From assembly GCF_026571515.1 (NCBI RefSeq), contig NW_026851932.1:248001-312000 (forward strand): a stretch of 64,000 bases of DNA, read 5' to 3'. The first letter of the stretch is position 1; each line of letters opens with the position of its first letter. The position numbers and the translations under genes were made by a program. Positions 58,805 through 64,000 of this stretch are shown piece after piece. The stretch is from Ruditapes philippinarum (Eukaryota). Under the pieces are notes generated by a model. It ran no database searches. It was not told the origin of the DNA and saw only the letters and a program-made list of their open reading frames with translations.

Positions 58805-61029
58805 AACAAGATTGCATTTGAGAAAAATGCTATGCCACCCGCATTAATACAACACTAAATAGTAGTGTAGGAACAGATTTTCTTTGTTTCTATACAATTT
58901 GAAGATTGTCATAATGCATAGATCCCTGACCTATCTAATTCTTATTATCAGATAGTTAAATCTGTTGTTAACTCAATAAAAGATCAGAGTAGGAATATAT
59001 CAATGCACTTGAGTCTAGTGAAATTGGTGTTGAAGGTCATATTTCACACAGCCTAAATTTCATGACTACATCAAAGGACAACATAGTAGACACTTTGTCA
59101 AAATCTAGGTCAGCTGAAATCAAAGTTCACTTAACATCTTAGATCTGTACACATGGTTCAAATTTCATAGCTGTACTTTAAAGGACAAGAAAGTAGGTCA
59201 CATCATCAAAATCTAGTTCACCTGATATCAAAGTTCAATTTTACAACTAAAACTGTGCACATGGGTCAAAATTTCATTGCTGTACATCAAAGGACAAGAA
59301 GTAGGTCACTGTCCCCTTGGGCAAGGCAAAATTTTGGACCCAAGGGTTTAATTCAAAACAATCTTGATACAGGTCCACCAAAACAACATTTCAAGTCAAA
59401 TATCTAAGCTGTAGCTTTCTCCTATTCAGAAAAGATTTGTTTTATTTTCTGTTTTTACTATGTGAACATAATGAGAATCACTGCCCCTGGGCAGGGCCAA
59501 TTTTAACACTAGGGGCATAATTAAAAACAACTTTAGTAGAGAACCCATAGAATATATTATAGAGCAAACATCAAAAGCTCTATGCCTTGTACCTTCAGAC
59601 AAAATATTTCTTTTTTTTTTACTATATGTACATAGTGAAAATCAATGACTCCTGGGGTGGGGCCAATTTTGACCCCAGGGCTATAATGTGTTACAATCTT
59701 GCTACAGGTTCACTCACATAATGTTTCATGCAAAATATCTTAACTCTAGCCTTGTAAATTTAGAGAAGAATGATTTTTTTAAGTTTTTACTATATATAAC
59801 ATATAAGGAAAACCTATGGCCCATGGGGCGGGTCTTATTTTGACACAATCTGAGCAAAATTTGAACAACTTTGGTAGAGTACCTATAGATGATATCATTT
59901 AACAAATATTCAAGCTCTAAGCCTTGTACCTTCAGACAATAAGATTTTTTAATTTTACTTTATGTATATATTGAAAATCAAATGACCCCGGGCAGGGGCA
60001 ATTTTGACCCAGGGCTATAATTTGAACAATCTTGCTAGAAGTTCACTTCACAATGTTTCATGCAAAATATCTAACCTCTAGCATTTGCTAGAAGAAATTA
60101 TTTTACTATAAAGTTTTTATATATTCATATAAGAAAACCAATGACCCCGGGCAGGGCCGATTTGACCCCAGGGCTATATTTTGTAACAATCTGAAGTAGA
60201 GGTCTACCAGACAATGCCTTAATGCAAAATATCTAAGCTCACAGCCTTTTGGGTCTTACAAGAAGGGTATTTTAAGTTTTTACTATATGTACATATAGTG
60301 AAAATCAATGACCCCCGGGGCGCGGCCGATTTGACCCCAGGGCTATAATTTGAACAATCTTGGTAAGGTCTATCAGACAATGCCTTATGCAAAATATCTA
60401 AGCTCTAGGCCTTTGGTCTTTACAAGAAGTTATTTTAAGTTTTTACTACATGTACATATAGTGAAAAATCAATGACCCCGGGGCGGGGCCGATTTTGACC
60501 CAGGGTTAAAATTTGATTAATCTTGGTAGACCTCTACCAGACAATGCCTTATGCAAAATATCTAAGCTCTTAGCCTTTTGGGTCTTTACAAGAAGGTATT
60601 TTAAGTTTTTACTATATGTACATATAGTGAAAATCAATGACCCCCTGGGCGGGGCCGATTTTGACCCCAGGGTTATAATTTGAACAATCTCGGTAGAGGT
60701 CTACCAGACAATGCCTTATGCAAAATATCTAAGCTCTAGGCCTTTTGGGTCTTTACAAGAAGATTTTTTAAATTTATTCTTATAATTCCTTTTGGTTGCC
60801 ATGGCAACCAGATTTCTGCATGGAATGAAATTCTTTGAACAACTTTGGAAGCCCTTCACCCAAGGATCAATCCTGCCAAGTTTGGTTGAAATTGGACAAG
60901 TGGGTTTTTCACAAGAAGATTTTTTAAGTTCACTATATAATCTATATAACACACACACACACAAACAAACACACACACAGGTGAATCGCTATATGCCACC
61001 GCATCGCAGATGCTGCGGTGGCATAAAAA
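58805..61029 (-). mobile_element. Helentron/HINE-type element with two array types (~120 bp, and ~166 bp x ~9) and (CA)n
   Basis: AACAAGA + hairpin GCATTT-gagaa-AAATGC + TATGCCACCCGCA ... (CA)n ... hairpin TATGCCACCGCATCGCAGATGCTGCGGTGGCATA + A-run. Confidence 0.85.
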
Positions 61030-61766
61030 CTATTCTGTACCAAAAGTTGCATTCTCAACTTTGATAGTCACATTTAACATGACAGTAATAAACATAAAGA
61101 GAGTGGTGAACTAGGAAAGTGGGAAAGGAGTAAAATGATTGATCAGGGATAATAATGTGTTTCACAATTTTTATTTTGTTTTACACAATATTTTTGCTGA
61201 CTCGGAGATAACTTTATACAGTTAAATGATGAAAAGACATAATTTTAACAAAATAACAACTTCATCATTTTCACTGTAAAATTTAATAGAAAGAATAAGA
61301 TGAAAGTATTAAATGAAGGTAAACAGATATAAAATAAATTATGAAAACAAGTACCCAAATTCCTGTTTGAAGACATACAACAAGTGTAGCCTAACCAGAC
61401 TCTATACTGCTTGATAATTACAGAACAGAAACATTTCTCAGAGATAAGAAAGAAATATACTCAGAATTAGTTTGGAAACTGATTTTTAGTGTGATCGATT
61501 TAAAAGTATTTAAATGCTTTTCATTTCGGGACATTTTGCAAAACAAAAAATGATTAATCTGGAAAAACAGTGAGCTAATGATTTCAAATTTTTCACACAA
61601 TTTATTGCTCCAAACCTTTATCAAAAGGGTACAAAAATCTCAAAAAAGAGTATTTTCTAGTCCTGTCATATAAAAAAATGCTCAGTGGGTCCCTTTAATG
61701 TACAGCTTTAAATTCAAGCAAGGTTAATGTTAATAATGCCTTATTCCAGGCCCGGGTAACACAATA

Positions 61767-63492
61767 AACAAGAACCGGTTGAACCGGGTGATGCTCCCCG
61801 AGAAGGTTCTGGACACAGGAAAGTATAAAAAAATGAACAAAGGGCAATAACTCCAAAATTAGACCAGGCTTTGTTTAGGTTCTTGAAGCGTTGCAGTTCT
61901 ATCCAATTACATCTAGCTACCTACAAAGTTTCATGTTGATATCTCTAATAGTTTTAAAGTAATGTCAGGACAAAAGTCAAAAAGTAAAAATAAACAAAGG
62001 GCAATTACTTCAAATAAGCAAGGCAGAGTAATGATTCTTAAGCACTGCAACTTCCACCAATGAGACCTATCTATCTACAAAGTTTCATGTTAATATCTCT
62101 TATAATTTAGAGTAATGTCAAACCCCAGACAAAGTTCAAAGCTGTCAAAATGAACAAAGGGCAATAACTCCAAAAGTAGGGCAAGACATTTTTTTACAGT
62201 TCTTGTGCACTGCAAACTTACTCAATGAGATCTATCTACCTACAAAGTTTCATGTTGATATCTCTATACATTAAAGAAATAATGTCCCGGACAAAGTTCA
62301 AAGTGTAAAATAAACAAAGGGGGATAATTCAAAAATTAGGCAAGGCAGAGTTAAGGTTCTTGTTCACTGCACACCTACTCAATGAGATCTATCTACCTAC
62401 AAAGTTTCATGTTGATACCTCTTATACTTTTAGAGTTATGTCCCGGACAAAGTTCAAAGTGTAAAATAAACAAAGGGGATAATTCAAAATTAGACAAGCA
62501 GAGTTACGGTTCTTGTGCACTGCACACCTACTCAATGAGATCTATCTACCTACAAAGTTTCATGTTGATACCTCTTATACTTTAGAGTTATGTCCCGGAC
62601 AAATTTCAAAGTGTAAAATAAACAAAGGGGGATAATTCAAAAATTAGGCAGGCAGAGTTACGGTCTTGTGCACTGCAACACCTACTCAATGAGATCTATC
62701 TACCTACAAAGTTTCATGTTGATATCTCTTATACTTTTAGAGTTATGTCCCGGACAAAGTTCAAAGTGTAAAATAAACAAAGGGGGATAATTAAAAAAAT
62801 AGGCAAGGCAGAGTTACGGTTCTTGTGCACTGCACTTCTACTCAATGAGATCTATCTACCTACAAAGTTTCATGTTAATACCTCTTATACTTTTAGAGTT
62901 ATGTCCCGGACAAATTTCAAAGTGTAAAATAAACAAAGGGGGGTAATTCAAAAATTAGGCAAGGCAGAGTTACGGTTCTTGTGCACTGCACTTCTAACTC
63001 AATGAGATCTATCTACCTACAAAGTTTCATGTTGATACCTCTTATACTTTTAGAGTAATGTCCCGGACAAAGTTCAAAGTGTAAAATAAACAAAGGGGAA
63101 TAATTCAAAAATTAGGCAAGGCAGAGTTACGGTTCTTGTGCACTGCACTTCTACTCAATGAGATCTATCTACCTACAAAGTTTCATGTTGATACCTCTTA
63201 TACTTTTAGAGTTATGTCCCGGACAAAGTTCAAAGTGTAAAAATAAACAAAGGGGAATAATTCAAAAATTAGGCAAGGCAGAGTTACGGTTCTTGTGCAC
63301 TGCACACCTACTTAATGAGATCTATCTACCTACAAAGTTTCATGTTGATACCTCTTGTTGTTTCAAAGTTATGTCCCGGACAAGAAAAGGGGACGGACGG
63401 ACGGACGGACGGACGGACGGAAAGACGGCCGGACGGACGGACGGACAAGGCGGCGACTATATGCTCCCCCGAAATTTTTTCGGGGAGCATAA
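61767..63492 (-). mobile_element. Helentron/HINE-type element, ~10 units of ~155 bp
   Basis: AACAAGA + hairpin CCGGTT-g-AACCGG + ATGCTCCCCGA ... (GACG)n ... ATGCTCCCCCGAAATTTTTTCGGGGAGCAT. Unit anchors near 62221, 62378, 62531, 62686, 62841, 62998, 63155. Confidence 0.9.
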
Positions 63493-64000
63493 TAAATCTT
63501 AGAACTAGAGACATAACCATGTGACCAGGGTCTGGGTTTAAATAAAAATTCTCTCAGAAACTGTCACAAAATATACAATGACCAATTAAAATCTTGAGAT
63601 TTTTCAACTTGGAAAAAGAGTTTAATAACCTCTAAGCAAGAACTCCTCAACTCATCAATATCAGGATTGGCCATTCTCAATTCAAAACAGCTTCAATACA
63701 TATAAACAATAACAAGTCTCTCCTAAAAAATGATTTATTCATTAGCACCTTCCTACCAACGGAGAACAAAAAACTCTATACCTCGTGCATTGAACTGAAA
63801 GTTATACCATGAATAAGAAATCAGCGTGACAATAATAAAATCAGCGGGACAATACGAAACATTAAAAATGATGAAAAAACTATATACATGTATTATAATT
63901 TTTATAAATAAACTCATTTGATATTCATGAAAATCACTGAATCCATCAATCAGTGAAGGAAGTACCCTGTTAAAACATGTTTTGATACACTAGTACACCA

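Overview
AT-rich, intron-rich animal genomic DNA. It is most likely a bivalve mollusc, probably a venerid clam; this is inferred from the SINE, MITE and Helentron-type repeats. Two complete protein-coding genes can be reconstructed: KDM1A/LSD1 (minus strand, 18 coding exons, 29634 to 11548, 772 aa) and FOXJ1 (plus strand, 2 coding exons plus an upstream non-coding exon). Immediately upstream of KDM1A on the same strand is an intact two-exon THAP zinc-finger module. Its 3' splice donor is in phase with an acceptor 1 nt before the KDM1A ATG, so it is a candidate transposon-derived THAP-LSD1 fusion (DNA-binding domain plus histone demethylase). This is the top finding and needs RNA-seq confirmation. 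The rest of the window is intron, UTR and intergenic DNA. It holds seven co-oriented Helentron/HINE-type non-autonomous elements carrying ~155-175 bp tandem arrays, a miniature LTR element (TRIM) whose LTRs contain tRNA-like Pol III promoters, tRNA-derived SINEs, piggyBac-like, Kolobok-like and foldback MITEs, and two short probable terminal exons of unidentified flanking genes. All coordinates were derived by eye and no database search was run.
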